A DNA stretch of 64,000 nt from Terracidiphilus sp. (lineage in GTDB: Bacteria > Acidobacteriota > Terriglobia > Terriglobales > Acidobacteriaceae). Each line of letters starts with the position of its first letter. The first letter of the stretch is position 1. Shown in pieces: positions 38,567 through 50,283 of the stretch. The notes under the pieces were generated by a model that did no database searches, was not told where the DNA came from, and saw nothing but the letters and a program-made list of their open reading frames with translations. Location of the stretch: the NCBI GenBank assembly GCA_035508975.1, contig DATJMC010000110.1, forward strand, positions 2,035 to 66,034. The letters are read 5' to 3'. The position numbers were made by a program, and so were the translations under genes.

Positions 38567-40021
38567 GTGCGACCTCCCCAATCGAAAGCGCTTCCGCTCG
38601 ATGCCACCCATCTCCGGCCCGGCATGCGCCTTGGCATCGCTGTTTCCGGCGGCTCGGACTCGGTCGCGCTCCTGCGGGTCCTCCACGAAAAGAGCAGGGA
38701 ATTGGGGCTCGTCGTTTTCGTGGCCCATCTACACCACGGCCTGCGCGGCCAAGAAGCGGACTGCGACCTCGAATTTGTACGCAACCTGGCTGCCAGCCTC
38801 AATTTGCCCTTGATCCACGACCGCGTCGACACCGCGGCCGAGGCGAAGGCAAACCCGACCTCCGGCAAAGGCGCTGAGAGCATCGAAGAAGCCGCGCGCC
38901 GCCTGCGGTATTCCTGGTTCCGCGAACTGATGTCCGAGACTTCGCGCGAAGCAACGGCGCTTCACGCGGTGGCGACGGCCCATACGCTTGACGATCAGGC
39001 CGAAACCGTACTGGCCAAATTCCTGCGCGGCGCCTGGACTGAAGGGCTCTCCGGCATCCATCCCGTGCTCGAATTTCCAGAAGGCAATATCCTGCGTCCT
39101 CTGCTCGCCGTGAAGCGCGCCGCAATCGAGGCGTACTTGCGCTCCATTGGACAAAGCTGGCGCGAGGATTCCACCAACCGCCAACTCACCTTCACCCGCA
39201 ATCGCATTCGCCACGAGCTGCTTCCCCTTCTCGAATCGTGGAATCCGCGCCTGCGCGAACACCTCACGCAGATGGCGTCGCTCGCTCGGGAAGAAGAGGC
39301 CGCCTGGCAGGTCGAGCTGGAACGCATCGCCCCGCAAATCCTTCTCCGTGGCCGTCCGGTACGCGGAGGCGGTCGGGCTTCCGCCGAGGGCCTGGCGATC
39401 GACCTCGGCGGCCTTGCCGGCTTGCCGGTCGCTTTGCAACGGCGCATCCTTCGCTATGCCGCCGGCTCTCTCTCCGCAAGCCTTGACTTTGATTCGACTG
39501 AATCGATGCGCGCCCTCGCCCTGGGGGGTCGCGCCGGACAGAAACTCGAGCTTGCCCAGGGCCTCCGTGCGGAGCGCTCTCACCGGGAAGTGCGCCTGAC
39601 TGCGCGCCCTTCAGGTTCTTTGTCTGCAAACAGTACCAAAGTTGCACCCGAGATCCTTGTTCCCGTTCCGGGATACGCCGATGCGCCGCAGTTCGGATTG
39701 CGTATTCGCATCGAAGTCTCGCCTGATCCCACCGGCCCTGCTGAGCCTTCGGGATCCGCCCTGCTGCGCTCGTGGAGACCCGGCGACCGGGTGCGGATCG
39801 CGCACTCAAGCCGCTTCCACAAGGTCAAGGAAGTGCTTGAACGCATGAAGGTTACAGGAACTTCTCGAGCCGCTTGGCCGGTGATCGAGTGGGCCGGCAA
39901 AATCATCTGGATGCGTGCCATTCAGCTCGAGCCCGACTCCCGCATCCATGTGATCGCGACCGAACTTGATTCCCAGCCGGCAGATCAGTCTACGGCTTCC
40001 CGCCGCCCGGTCGAAGGCTAG
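38567..40021 (+). CDS. tilS: tRNA(Ile)-lysidine synthetase
   Basis: AVSGGSDS, EEAARRLRY, TAHTLDDQAET, RPLL, RNRIRH. Start uncertain (GTG 38567 or ATG 38624). Confidence 0.93.
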   Translation: MRPPQSKALPLDATHLRPGMRLGIAVSGGSDSVALLRVLHEKSRELGLVVFVAHLHHGLRGQEADCDLEFVRNLAASLNLPLIHDRVDTAAEAKANPTSGKGAESIEEAARRLRYSWFRELMSETSREATALHAVATAHTLDDQAETVLAKFLRGAWTEGLSGIHPVLEFPEGNILRPLLAVKRAAIEAYLRSIGQSWREDSTNRQLTFTRNRIRHELLPLLESWNPRLREHLTQMASLAREEEAAWQVELERIAPQILLRGRPVRGGGRASAEGLAIDLGGLAGLPVALQRRILRYAAGSLSASLDFDSTESMRALALGGRAGQKLELAQGLRAERSHREVRLTARPSGSLSANSTKVAPEILVPVPGYADAPQFGLRIRIEVSPDPTGPAEPSGSALLRSWRPGDRVRIAHSSRFHKVKEVLERMKVTGTSRAAWPVIEWAGKIIWMRAIQLEPDSRIHVIATELDSQPADQSTASRRPVEG

Positions 40022-40171
40022 CTATTTGTCGGGCAGAAACCAATTCCCGTCGCGCACATCTTCCACCGTTCAGAGGCGCCGCTTTTTTGTAGCTTCGGAG
40101 TACAATCTAGGCTACTGCTCATCCCGGCAGATACTGTTCGTGTCTGCGGAGTCGGTCGTCAACACTTTCTG

Positions 40172-40199
40172 TGACTTGTAGGAAAGCGTCGGCGTCTAA
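40172..40199 (+). promoter_or_regulatory. Candidate sigmaE-like ECF promoter of ftsH
   Basis: TGACTT-N17-TCTAA versus GAACTT-N16/17-TCTAA. Confidence 0.4.
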
Positions 40200-40270
40200 A
40201 TAGGGATGGAGTGGGCGGTGACGGAGGTCGTCTTCAGCGGCTTCTCCCCCGCCGGGAAAGAGGAATCCTG

Positions 40271-42196
<1,926 letters not shown>

Positions 42197-42234
42197 CCAC
42201 CTGCGGTCGGGCTTGCGCCGCAGACCGACTCAAG

Positions 42235-42262
42235 AAAAGGCCGCTCATCGGAGCGGCCTTTT
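42235..42262. terminator. Bidirectional rho-independent terminator
   Basis: AAAAGGCCGCTC-atcg-GAGCGGCCTTTT between convergent genes. Confidence 0.85.
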
Positions 42263-42352
42263 GATTTGGAAGACGCGAAAGCGCACCAATCAAGGAAGAA
42301 TGAGATTGTGCGCAATTTCATCGGTCGGAAAGCGCGAACGCAGCTTCCTAGG

Positions 42353-42787
42353 TTATCGGTCCGTTGACGGTCTCGAACCTCCTTGGGTGTCCTCGACCAC
42401 CGTCCCCTGGTGGAATACAAGCTTCCACTCCCCGCCTTCACGCCGCCACACTGTCGCCCGTCGCGTGATTCGCCCCTGCTGGTCCAGCGTGTAGGTCAGC
42501 AGATACGTCGCGGGTGCGAGCTGCTGGACCCTGAATTCAGAGCACTTCCAGCCTGCGGCTTCCGCATTCTCCGGCGGATGCGCTTCCAGATGCTTCAAGA
42601 TAAAGGCGCGGTCATACCGTCGGCCCGATGCTCCCACTTCCCAATACTCCGCTGTCATTCTCCGCGCGAACTCTTCCGCCGTGTTGCCGAATGCCATGCG
42701 ATGAAAAATGGGCTCCAGCTCCATCAAATCGTTCAAGACCGGCTCAAGCTCGTACCCCGCATGCTCATCCCGTGAATCGTCCACCAT
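42353..42787 (-). CDS. NTF2-like/DUF4440 family protein
   Basis: YWEVGASGRRY..TRRATVWR..WKLVFHQGT. Confidence 0.8.
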   Translation of the reverse strand: MVDDSRDEHAGYELEPVLNDLMELEPIFHRMAFGNTAEEFARRMTAEYWEVGASGRRYDRAFILKHLEAHPPENAEAAGWKCSEFRVQQLAPATYLLTYTLDQQGRITRRATVWRREGGEWKLVFHQGTVVEDTQGGSRPSTDR

Positions 42788-42845
42788 GCAGCGATTCTAT
42801 GGCTTGTCCGATGTCGCGGTCTGCGTCGACATCTAGAATCCAAGC

Positions 42846-43619
42846 ATGGACAAGGCCGCGCACCAGGCTGAGATTCTCGACCAGTTCACCCGGCAGGCCG
42901 ACCCGTTCCTCAAGCGGCATGCACAGGGGCACGACGCCTTGCTCGCTCTCATGGCCCACTGCGCTGCAACGCGCGCCGAAGACCGGATCCTTGACGTTGC
43001 TTGCGGTCCCGGCATCGTCTCCTGCTTTTTCGCTGCGCATGCTCGTCATGTCACCGGACTCGACATGGTCCCGGCAATGCTTGAGCGCGCCCGGCGCCTG
43101 CAAGCCGAACGCTGCCTGCAGAACGTCACTTGGCAACTTGGCGAAAGCACGCGACTGCCTTTTCTCGACGAGAGCTTTGACCAGGTGGTGACGCGTTTTT
43201 CGTTTCACCACTTCCTCGATCCACTCGCCGCTCTCTGTGAGATGAAGCGGGTGTGCCGGCCGGCTGGAACCGTGCTGGTCTCCGACGTGACTCCAGGCAA
43301 AGAATCGCAGGCTCGCTTCAACGAATGGGAAACCCTCCGCGATCCCTCGCATACGCGCGCACTCACCGTCGCCGAGTTTCGATCTCTCGGACAAGAGGCA
43401 GGCCTGAACCTGGGTCGCGAAGAGCCGTTTGCGATGGAGATGAATCTCGATGATCTTCTAAAGGGTTCGTTCCCCAAGCCCGGAGATGACGAGCGCATTC
43501 GCGCCCTCTTCGACAATGAGATTCGCACCGGATCGGAAACCCTCGGCGTCATAGCCCGCCGCACCGAGGCCGGCATCGTCATCACCTATCCCGTCTCGGT
43601 CCTGGCCTGGACCCGCTGA
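42846..43619 (+). CDS. Class I SAM-dependent methyltransferase
   Basis: ILDVACGPG, LPFLDESFD, FSFHH, RDPSH. Confidence 0.88.
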   Translation: MDKAAHQAEILDQFTRQADPFLKRHAQGHDALLALMAHCAATRAEDRILDVACGPGIVSCFFAAHARHVTGLDMVPAMLERARRLQAERCLQNVTWQLGESTRLPFLDESFDQVVTRFSFHHFLDPLAALCEMKRVCRPAGTVLVSDVTPGKESQARFNEWETLRDPSHTRALTVAEFRSLGQEAGLNLGREEPFAMEMNLDDLLKGSFPKPGDDERIRALFDNEIRTGSETLGVIARRTEAGIVITYPVSVLAWTR

Positions 43620-43639
43620 GGTCGGCGCGTCTCACGCAC

Positions 43640-43672
43640 AAAAGCAAAGCCCCCGCGTCGGGACGCGAGGGC
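43640..43672 (-). terminator. Rho-independent terminator of the beta-barrel gene
   Basis: GC-rich stem (GCCCTCGCGTC/GACGCGGGGGC) followed by TTTGCTTTT on the minus strand. Confidence 0.65.
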
Positions 43673-43690
43673 CGTTGCCGACTGCCTTGC

Positions 43691-44254
43691 TTAGAAGATG
43701 GTGTAGGCCAATCCCACGCTGCCGCCATAGGGCTTCAGCGTCCCGTTGATCCAGTTCGGCCAGAGCTGGTACTCGAAGTCGGCCGCGCGCACCGTGAAAT
43801 GCCGGTTCAACGGCATATCCACCCCGCCGCCCAGCGCCAGGTCAGTGAAGTGGCCGTAGGCGAAGTTGTATTGGAAGTTCATCTTTCCCCAGCCCACCAG
43901 CGCCTTGGCATAGGGCTTGAACCGCCGCGTCTCGTGGATCGGCACCCGCGGCCCGATCAGATAATTGTCTTCGTAGATGTTCTCAAACTGATTGAAGCGC
44001 AGCCAGCGGCCTTCCGCCTCAAACTGCACCCAGTGCCGCAAGCGCAGATCGACATAGGTGCCAATTCCAACCAAGGGTGTCGATGACTGCTGCGGAACAC
44101 CGGTTCCGTCGTAGTCGGGTTCGAAGACCGACCCCATGCCGCCCACTGACAACGAGATCGGCGATCGGGTGGCGGATTCCACAACCTGTGCGCGGGCTTG
44201 CGTTGCCCAGACGAAGATCAAGCAGCAAACAAAAAGAACGACGATTTTCTTCAT
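43691..44254 (-). CDS. Small outer-membrane beta-barrel protein
   Basis: Signal peptide, amphipathic strands, C-terminal GLAYTIF. Confidence 0.85.
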   Translation of the reverse strand: MKKIVVLFVCCLIFVWATQARAQVVESATRSPISLSVGGMGSVFEPDYDGTGVPQQSSTPLVGIGTYVDLRLRHWVQFEAEGRWLRFNQFENIYEDNYLIGPRVPIHETRRFKPYAKALVGWGKMNFQYNFAYGHFTDLALGGGVDMPLNRHFTVRAADFEYQLWPNWINGTLKPYGGSVGLAYTIF

Positions 44255-44380
44255 GCTCGAGGTCTATCCAATTCTGGTGAAGCACTTAAAAACAACTCGG
44301 CTTCGTTTCAAAATCCAGCGGTTTCAGTTGCAGCCGGGCAGCGATCGTAGGCTGCCTGGCCCATGGATTCAACAGCAGGC

Positions 44381-46240
44381 CTATTGCGGAGTGGGCGCCG
44401 GCGCATTCGCCGTGGGCTGTGGCGCTGTCTGTTGGGGGTCAGCATTCGCAGGAGCCGCCTGGTTCGGCGGGGGAGTCGCCGCAGGCTGGTCTGTTCCGGT
44501 TTGCGCCGCAGGGGCCGCTCCCGGAGCTGCCGGTGGATTCGCGTTCGCCGCCTCATAGCGTTGCAGCTTGAAGTAGATCGGCGTCACTTCCAACGGCATC
44601 TTGTCACGTGCATTCAACGGTGCATAAATCTTGGCGTTCAGCATATGCACCCGGTCGTCCCAGGGATCGGTCTTCAGCCAGCTTCCCAGCGGCGAAGCCG
44701 GAATCTGCGCTAAATCGTCCCAGTTGATCTTCGGCGCCTGCGCGGCCAAGTCCGACATCCAGGGCGTTCCGTCAGCCTTCAGAAGCGAGTCGCCCAGCAT
44801 CGGTGTGTTCAGTGCTTTCAACTGATGGCCGCGATCGGCCAGTTGCTCCCAGAACAATCCCGCATCCGGAAGCTTGTCTTTGTACATCGAAGCCTGCAAG
44901 TACTCCATCCCCTTCTTTGCGGCCGTCGCATCATCGATATCGCTGTGGTTCATGTCGATGCGGCGGAAGGTCGCTTCATCGGGAAAGAGAAGGCGGTCGT
45001 TGAAGGCATAGCGCGTGTCGATGTGGTGTCCCATCGCGATGTGCGCCAGCTCAATCGCAATCACAGAGGCAATCGCCGATTCGCTGGAACTGCTGCGCGG
45101 CAAGCTGTCAATCAATCCCTTGCTCAGCAGGATCGTGTTCCCCACCGTGGTCGCTTCCACAGTCGTCGTCAACAACACCCGGCAATGCACCGGGCTCGAA
45201 AGCGCGATGTTGCTGGGCACGGCCAGGTTGATCACAATCTGGTCAAGCACTGTTGTCTCAAAGCCGTTCGGCGTCAGCGGCGCCACAAGTCCCGCTTCCT
45301 CCAGGCGGTCGATCACGTTATTCTCGGCCTGCGTCAGCCAGTCGCGAGACGCCTGCAACGGGCTCACGTCCTGCGAGTCGTCGCTCTTGTCTACCGCGTC
45401 TTCAATCTTCATGCTCACGTTTTCGCTGTCGCGTGTGGGAAGCTTCAACGAGTAGCCCCAGAAGTGTGTCTGCGCCTTCAGTCCGATCTGCTTGTCGCTG
45501 TCGCCGCGGTTCGTCTCCTCCACATAGATCGCCACCGGCAGCCAGACTCCCGGCTGCACGTTCATGCGCCAGCTGTCAAAGTGGAAGTAGTACCGCGAAT
45601 CGTCTTCAGACGATGGCCCGGTGTAAGTGCCGTTGAAGCGCACCACGTTGCCATCCTGGTCTTCGATCCAGATGCGGCCGTAAAAGCGGCCCATTCCCGC
45701 AACCTTCGGGTGCACGTCGAAAACCCAGGTGCGCACCTGGCCCAGAAACTCGCGCCGCACATAGCTGAAGACGTAGTGCTGCTGGTCGAATCCCGTCGGG
45801 TCAAGGAACATCATTTGCATGAAGCCCGTCGGGTTGTATGTAAACCGCTTGTCGAGTCCCAGAGACTTGGTCAGTCCCGTAATCGCTGAAAGCGATCCCT
45901 TGAAGAATCCATGCTTGTTATTGGCGTTTTTCGGTTCGTAGGTCTTGTCAAAAAATCCCTTTCCAAAATCCACGCGGCTCAGGGTGTATTGGTCGTCGAT
46001 GGGAACTTCATATAGCTTTACGTCGGGCCGGGTGTCCTGGATGTAGGTTTCCACCAGGGGCGTGCGCTCCTGAATTTCCTTGATCAGCACCTTCTCCTGG
46101 CCGATGGCCTTCTCCACAAGCGCGTTCTGCTCGGGAGTGAGCTGGTGTGCCTGCTCGTACTTCGGCGCTTTCTTGGCTTCCGCGCTCATCGCGCCCAACG
46201 CCAGCATGAGCAAGGTCAGTTGTATCTTCCGAAACGTCAT
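44381..46240 (-). CDS. Secreted protein with degenerate M48 peptidase-like C-terminal domain
   Basis: Signal peptide. GNTILLSKGLI..IASVIAIELAH aligns by eye with the M48 HExxH region, but the first His is replaced. Confidence 0.65.
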   Translation of the reverse strand: MTFRKIQLTLLMLALGAMSAEAKKAPKYEQAHQLTPEQNALVEKAIGQEKVLIKEIQERTPLVETYIQDTRPDVKLYEVPIDDQYTLSRVDFGKGFFDKTYEPKNANNKHGFFKGSLSAITGLTKSLGLDKRFTYNPTGFMQMMFLDPTGFDQQHYVFSYVRREFLGQVRTWVFDVHPKVAGMGRFYGRIWIEDQDGNVVRFNGTYTGPSSEDDSRYYFHFDSWRMNVQPGVWLPVAIYVEETNRGDSDKQIGLKAQTHFWGYSLKLPTRDSENVSMKIEDAVDKSDDSQDVSPLQASRDWLTQAENNVIDRLEEAGLVAPLTPNGFETTVLDQIVINLAVPSNIALSSPVHCRVLLTTTVEATTVGNTILLSKGLIDSLPRSSSSESAIASVIAIELAHIAMGHHIDTRYAFNDRLLFPDEATFRRIDMNHSDIDDATAAKKGMEYLQASMYKDKLPDAGLFWEQLADRGHQLKALNTPMLGDSLLKADGTPWMSDLAAQAPKINWDDLAQIPASPLGSWLKTDPWDDRVHMLNAKIYAPLNARDKMPLEVTPIYFKLQRYEAANANPPAAPGAAPAAQTGTDQPAATPPPNQAAPANADPQQTAPQPTANAPAPTPQ

Positions 46241-46341
46241 TTCAAGCTCCTGGTGTCCGTGTTGCTGTTTTTATGGCCTCTGGCATCGTGCGGCGATCCT
46301 GGGGGAAGCCTTGGCCAACTCAAAAAGTCCAAGTCCTGCTT

Positions 46342-47382
46342 CTATGCCAACTGGAACGTGATGGTGATATTCGTCGTCAAATCCACTGCCTGCCCGTTCC
46401 GTGTGGCGGGACGAAAACGGATCTGCTCGGCGACGCGGCGCGCTTCCTCATCCAACCCATGTCCCAGCCCGTGCACCACCCCGTCGACTACCACGTGTCC
46501 CGCAGCCGTGAACGTGACCCTCAGGATCACGTCGCCCTGCACCTTCAGCTGCCGGGCCTCCGCGGTGTATTGCACCGCCGGCTTCGAGATCACTTCAAGA
46601 TTGGTTGACGCCGGAGTCGCCTTCATCATCGCTGGTGGCGTTGCCGCGGTCATCTGCGGAATTCCCGCTGAACCAACTTTGCCCGTGAAGGTTCCCTGGG
46701 CCGTGGAATTGCTCGGTAGTCCGGCGGAAGCGACCTTGCCGGCCATTCCCGCATTCGAACCGGAAACCGTTCCGCCCATCCCGGTCGACCCCACCACGCC
46801 GTGCGGAGCAACTGCCGCGCCCTGCATGCCTCCATAGGGGTTCCCGATCGCCGCGACCGTCGCCGCTTTCACCGCGTTCGGATTCGGAGTGACGCCCTGC
46901 ATGTCGCCAAAGTGGACAGCCGCCGTGGAGGGATGTTGCTGGGGCGTCTCCGCCGGCGCCGCCGCGGCCAGAGCCGCCTTCGGTTGTGGCGCAAGCGTGA
47001 TCGCCGGCTTCACCAGCTTGATCTCCGGCATCTTCAGCTTCGCTTCCATCTCGATCGGCTTTTCTGCCGGCTTCACGATCTTGGGAAGATTGATCTTCGG
47101 CGCTTCCAGCTTTACGACTTCAGGCTTCGGCGGCTCAGGAAGCTTGGGCGGCGGCGTGACCTTCACCTTCACTTGAGGGGGCGGAGGTGTAGTGGGAAAG
47201 ATCAGCTCCGTTTGTTCAAAGCGATGGGCCTGGATGACATGCCGCGCCATTAAACCGATATAGAGCACGCTCGCCAGGATCATCAGGTTGATGACTGCGC
47301 TGGTGACGAAAGATGCCGACCTGCCCTCCGGCTCCGGGAGCAGGCCAAAACTCATACGACCTGAATATGTGTCTATCGGCAT
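46342..47382 (-). CDS. tonB: TonB family energy transducer
   Basis: TM helix, Pro/Lys-rich linker, TonB_C domain (YTAEARQLKVQGDVIL..GLGHGLDEEA..FRPA). Confidence 0.85.
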   Translation of the reverse strand: MPIDTYSGRMSFGLLPEPEGRSASFVTSAVINLMILASVLYIGLMARHVIQAHRFEQTELIFPTTPPPPQVKVKVTPPPKLPEPPKPEVVKLEAPKINLPKIVKPAEKPIEMEAKLKMPEIKLVKPAITLAPQPKAALAAAAPAETPQQHPSTAAVHFGDMQGVTPNPNAVKAATVAAIGNPYGGMQGAAVAPHGVVGSTGMGGTVSGSNAGMAGKVASAGLPSNSTAQGTFTGKVGSAGIPQMTAATPPAMMKATPASTNLEVISKPAVQYTAEARQLKVQGDVILRVTFTAAGHVVVDGVVHGLGHGLDEEARRVAEQIRFRPATRNGQAVDLTTNITITFQLA

Positions 47383-47469
47383 ATCTCAAAATCCTCGAAG
47401 TATGATGGCCTAGGGTGTAAGGAGCAGCTCGCGCATCCTGGGGTCGGCAGATCTGCCGCAAACGACATC

Positions 47470-47830
47470 ACGCAAGACTAACCCACATCTCATTCGTCAT
47501 CCGTGACCAAACTTCCAAATCCTTAATTCTCCAGAAAGAGCCTCCGCTCTCCCCGTTTCCAGCCTCATGAACCTTGGATGGTTTACCCCTCCCGGAAAGC
47601 AGCTCTCTGGCGGCATCCGTGCTGCACTTACGGCTGAATTCGGCTCCAGCTTGTGCGTCTTCTTGATTGCTTGTAGGGGGGACTGAGACCGACCCAACCT
47701 GGCGTCCTCGCCATGCAGACCTCTGAAACCAGCAGGAAGGCATGGCTTCCGACCTCGCTGGGTGAGATACTTCTTCTCTCACCGTCACCCTGGACATCCA
47801 ATTGACTCCGATCCGTGTCCAAGGCAACAG
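47470..47830 (-). ncRNA. Candidate CsrB-like structured RNA or long leader
   Basis: 16 GGA in 47500-47820 on the minus strand versus 5 on the plus strand. Several lie in hairpin loops, e.g. GTCA-CGGA-TGAC. Confidence 0.4.
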
Positions 47831-48061
47831 AACTGCTCAAACGCAAACTATCCCTTTAGATGAAGGGAAATCTGGCTCTAGTTGACCTCGGCTTCGCGTC
47901 TGTAAGAGGATTCGCTCAACGCATCGGGGAGGTCAGGGCAAATATGGCCCAGGGCCTGCCGCATGTTCGCGGTCTCTGGGCGGTTTCACCCGCCATTCCA
48001 GCCCTGCCTAGTGTAATAGACTTACCCTAAACCAAAGTGCTCACGAAAGGACAGTATTTTT

Positions 48062-49063
48062 GTGAAGATCCTGGTTACCGGCGGTGCCGGATACGTCGGC
48101 GGAACGGTCGCCGCACTGCTCGCCGCCAAGGGCCACAATCCCATCATATTGGATAACTTGAGTCACGGTCGCCGCGACCTCCTCCCTCCAGGCGTCGAAT
48201 TCGTCGAAGCAGAATTGGCGGATCGATCTGTCCTCGAAAACCTCTTCGCTTCCGCCGCGAAATCCGGCTCCGCTTTCGACGCCGTTCTCCACTTTGCCGC
48301 CCTCATTGAAGCCGGCGAATCCATGCAGAAACCGGAGATCTACTTCCGCAACAACACAGCCTCGACCTTGAGCCTTCTTGAGGCCATGCTCGCCTGCGGT
48401 CCGAGGCGTCTCGTCTTCTCGTCCACGGCAGCCGTCTACGGCGAGCCGGATTCGGTTCCAATCCCTGAAACCGCCCAGCTTCATCCCACAAATGTCTACG
48501 GCGAGTCCAAGCTGCTGGTCGAGACCATGCTCTCCTGGTTCAACCAGATTCATGGCCTGCGGTACGCGTCTTTGCGTTACTTCAATGTGGCTGGGGCGCC
48601 GGAAGGCCCCGAAGGCATCACGCGCGGCGAAGCCCACGAGCCCGAATCCCACTTGATCCCCCTCATTCTCGACGTCGCCCTCGGCCGGCGTGCCTCCATC
48701 CGTATCTATGGCGACGACTACGCGACACCCGACGGCACCTGCGTCCGCGACTATATCCACGTTTCCGACCTGGCCGATGCCCATCTGCTCGCTCTCGATG
48801 CCCTCCAAAAGCACAGCAAGCTCATCTTCAATCTCGGCAATGGACATGGATTCAGCGTGCGTGAAGTCATCGAGTCAGCCCGCCGCGTGACCGGCCGGCC
48901 CATTCCTGCCGAGATCCATCCCCGGCGTCCGGGCGACCCCGCAGTCCTGGTTGCCAGCTCCGACAAGGCGATCCGCGAGCTGGGCTGGAAACCCCGCTAC
49001 ACCCTGCTGGACGACATCCTTCGCACTGCATGGACCTGGCACCAGAAACGCTACGCGAATTAG
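48062..49063 (+). CDS. galE: UDP-glucose 4-epimerase
   Basis: TGGAGYVG, HFAA, FSSTAAVYG, YGESK, LRYFN, DGTCVRDYIHV. Confidence 0.95.
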   Translation: MKILVTGGAGYVGGTVAALLAAKGHNPIILDNLSHGRRDLLPPGVEFVEAELADRSVLENLFASAAKSGSAFDAVLHFAALIEAGESMQKPEIYFRNNTASTLSLLEAMLACGPRRLVFSSTAAVYGEPDSVPIPETAQLHPTNVYGESKLLVETMLSWFNQIHGLRYASLRYFNVAGAPEGPEGITRGEAHEPESHLIPLILDVALGRRASIRIYGDDYATPDGTCVRDYIHVSDLADAHLLALDALQKHSKLIFNLGNGHGFSVREVIESARRVTGRPIPAEIHPRRPGDPAVLVASSDKAIRELGWKPRYTLLDDILRTAWTWHQKRYAN

Positions 49064-49107
49064 AGTCGGCCGGGCGCCATCCCTGCCCCCGCGACTCCAA
49101 CAAACCT

Positions 49108-49929
49108 TCAGTTCTGGGGTCCCGTCTTCTGCTGTGTCCCACTCTGCTGGTTCGCCGGTTTTTGCGTCGACTTCGCCGGCGTAGATGCCTGAGGCTTTGC
49201 ACCCGCCGGCGGTGCCGTCGAAGATGGCTTCTGCTGGTTGGTTCCTGGCTTGGCTGCCGGCCTTCTCCTCACAGATCGCTTTGCCGGCGTCTGCGGGCAT
49301 GCCGGGGGCGGCGGAGGGGCGGGGCACTTGAACGCCGCCTGCTTTTCCACCGTGACTCGCAGTTCGGAAACCTGTTTCTCCTGCGCGGTGGCCGTGTCTT
49401 GCATGCGGTCGTCGAGCGCCAGACGGGCAGTGCTGAGACTGCTCAATGCCTGGCGCAACTGGGTGGCCTGTTCATCCGGCGCTGCCATCCGCGCCGCCTC
49501 GACCACCCGCAGCAGCACGTCATAGAGCGCATCCACGTGCTTGGCCAGCGGCAGCATCTTGCTTAGGGATCCAGGACCGCCGTCGGCCTCCTTCAACAGC
49601 GGCGGCATGTTCGTTTGCATGTCGCTGACGATTGAATGGATATCGTCGCTGGCCTCATCGCGCACCGAGCCGCGCTTCCATTTCTCTACCCGCAGGGAGT
49701 CGAGCGTTTGCTGCACGGTGTTGAGCGAACCCTGCAGAAGGCTCGAAGGCGGAGGCAGCGGTGGGGTTGCAGGCGCCGGGGGCGCCGCAGGCGGCGATGT
49801 CGCCGGAGCTGTCGCAGGTGCCGCCGTGGATGTCTGGCGAGCACCGATGGGCGTAACCTGCGCCAAGCTTCCAAGCGGCAGAGCACCCAGAACCGAAACC
49901 ATGAGAGCGGCAGTCGTAATGCGCATCAT
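49108..49929 (-). CDS. Secreted helical/coiled-coil hypothetical protein
   Basis: Signal peptide, Pro-rich linkers, helical core. Confidence 0.7.
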   Translation of the reverse strand: MMRITTAALMVSVLGALPLGSLAQVTPIGARQTSTAAPATAPATSPPAAPPAPATPPLPPPSSLLQGSLNTVQQTLDSLRVEKWKRGSVRDEASDDIHSIVSDMQTNMPPLLKEADGGPGSLSKMLPLAKHVDALYDVLLRVVEAARMAAPDEQATQLRQALSSLSTARLALDDRMQDTATAQEKQVSELRVTVEKQAAFKCPAPPPPPACPQTPAKRSVRRRPAAKPGTNQQKPSSTAPPAGAKPQASTPAKSTQKPANQQSGTQQKTGPQN

Positions 49930-50283
49930 GTGCTTTGTGTTTCCCTTATACCGTCCCTGCAGGATAGCCGAAGACTCCTCGTGCCTTCCAGGGGGCGCTC
50001 TCTGCAGTTCAATCCGCCCTGCTGCTTTCTTTTTGCGTTGGATGCAAACAGGACTTGGCGTGCATCGGATTCCGGAGCATACTGCCTTCAGAGCCGGTCG
50101 TCTCTCGCACGCGATCTCCCTTGATGCAAGTTTCGCGTGTCGTCATCGTCCAGCTGCGAAAAGAACAGCCAGGGATGGAATTGTGGGCGGTACGCAATCC
50201 CGGGTTCCCTGAACCGAAACGCCTTTTTGCGCGTCTACTCACTACGCGCCTTGGTCGGTCGACGGTTTTACCAGGAGATATCG

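Noticed and set aside
47383-48061. Cobalamin riboswitch, RNase P RNA, tmRNA or a small CDS upstream of tonB
   Set aside because: I could not find the signature motifs by eye (B12 box, GAGGAAAGTCC, tRNA-like ends). The ORFs here lack an SD and coding-like composition. An Rfam scan would settle it.
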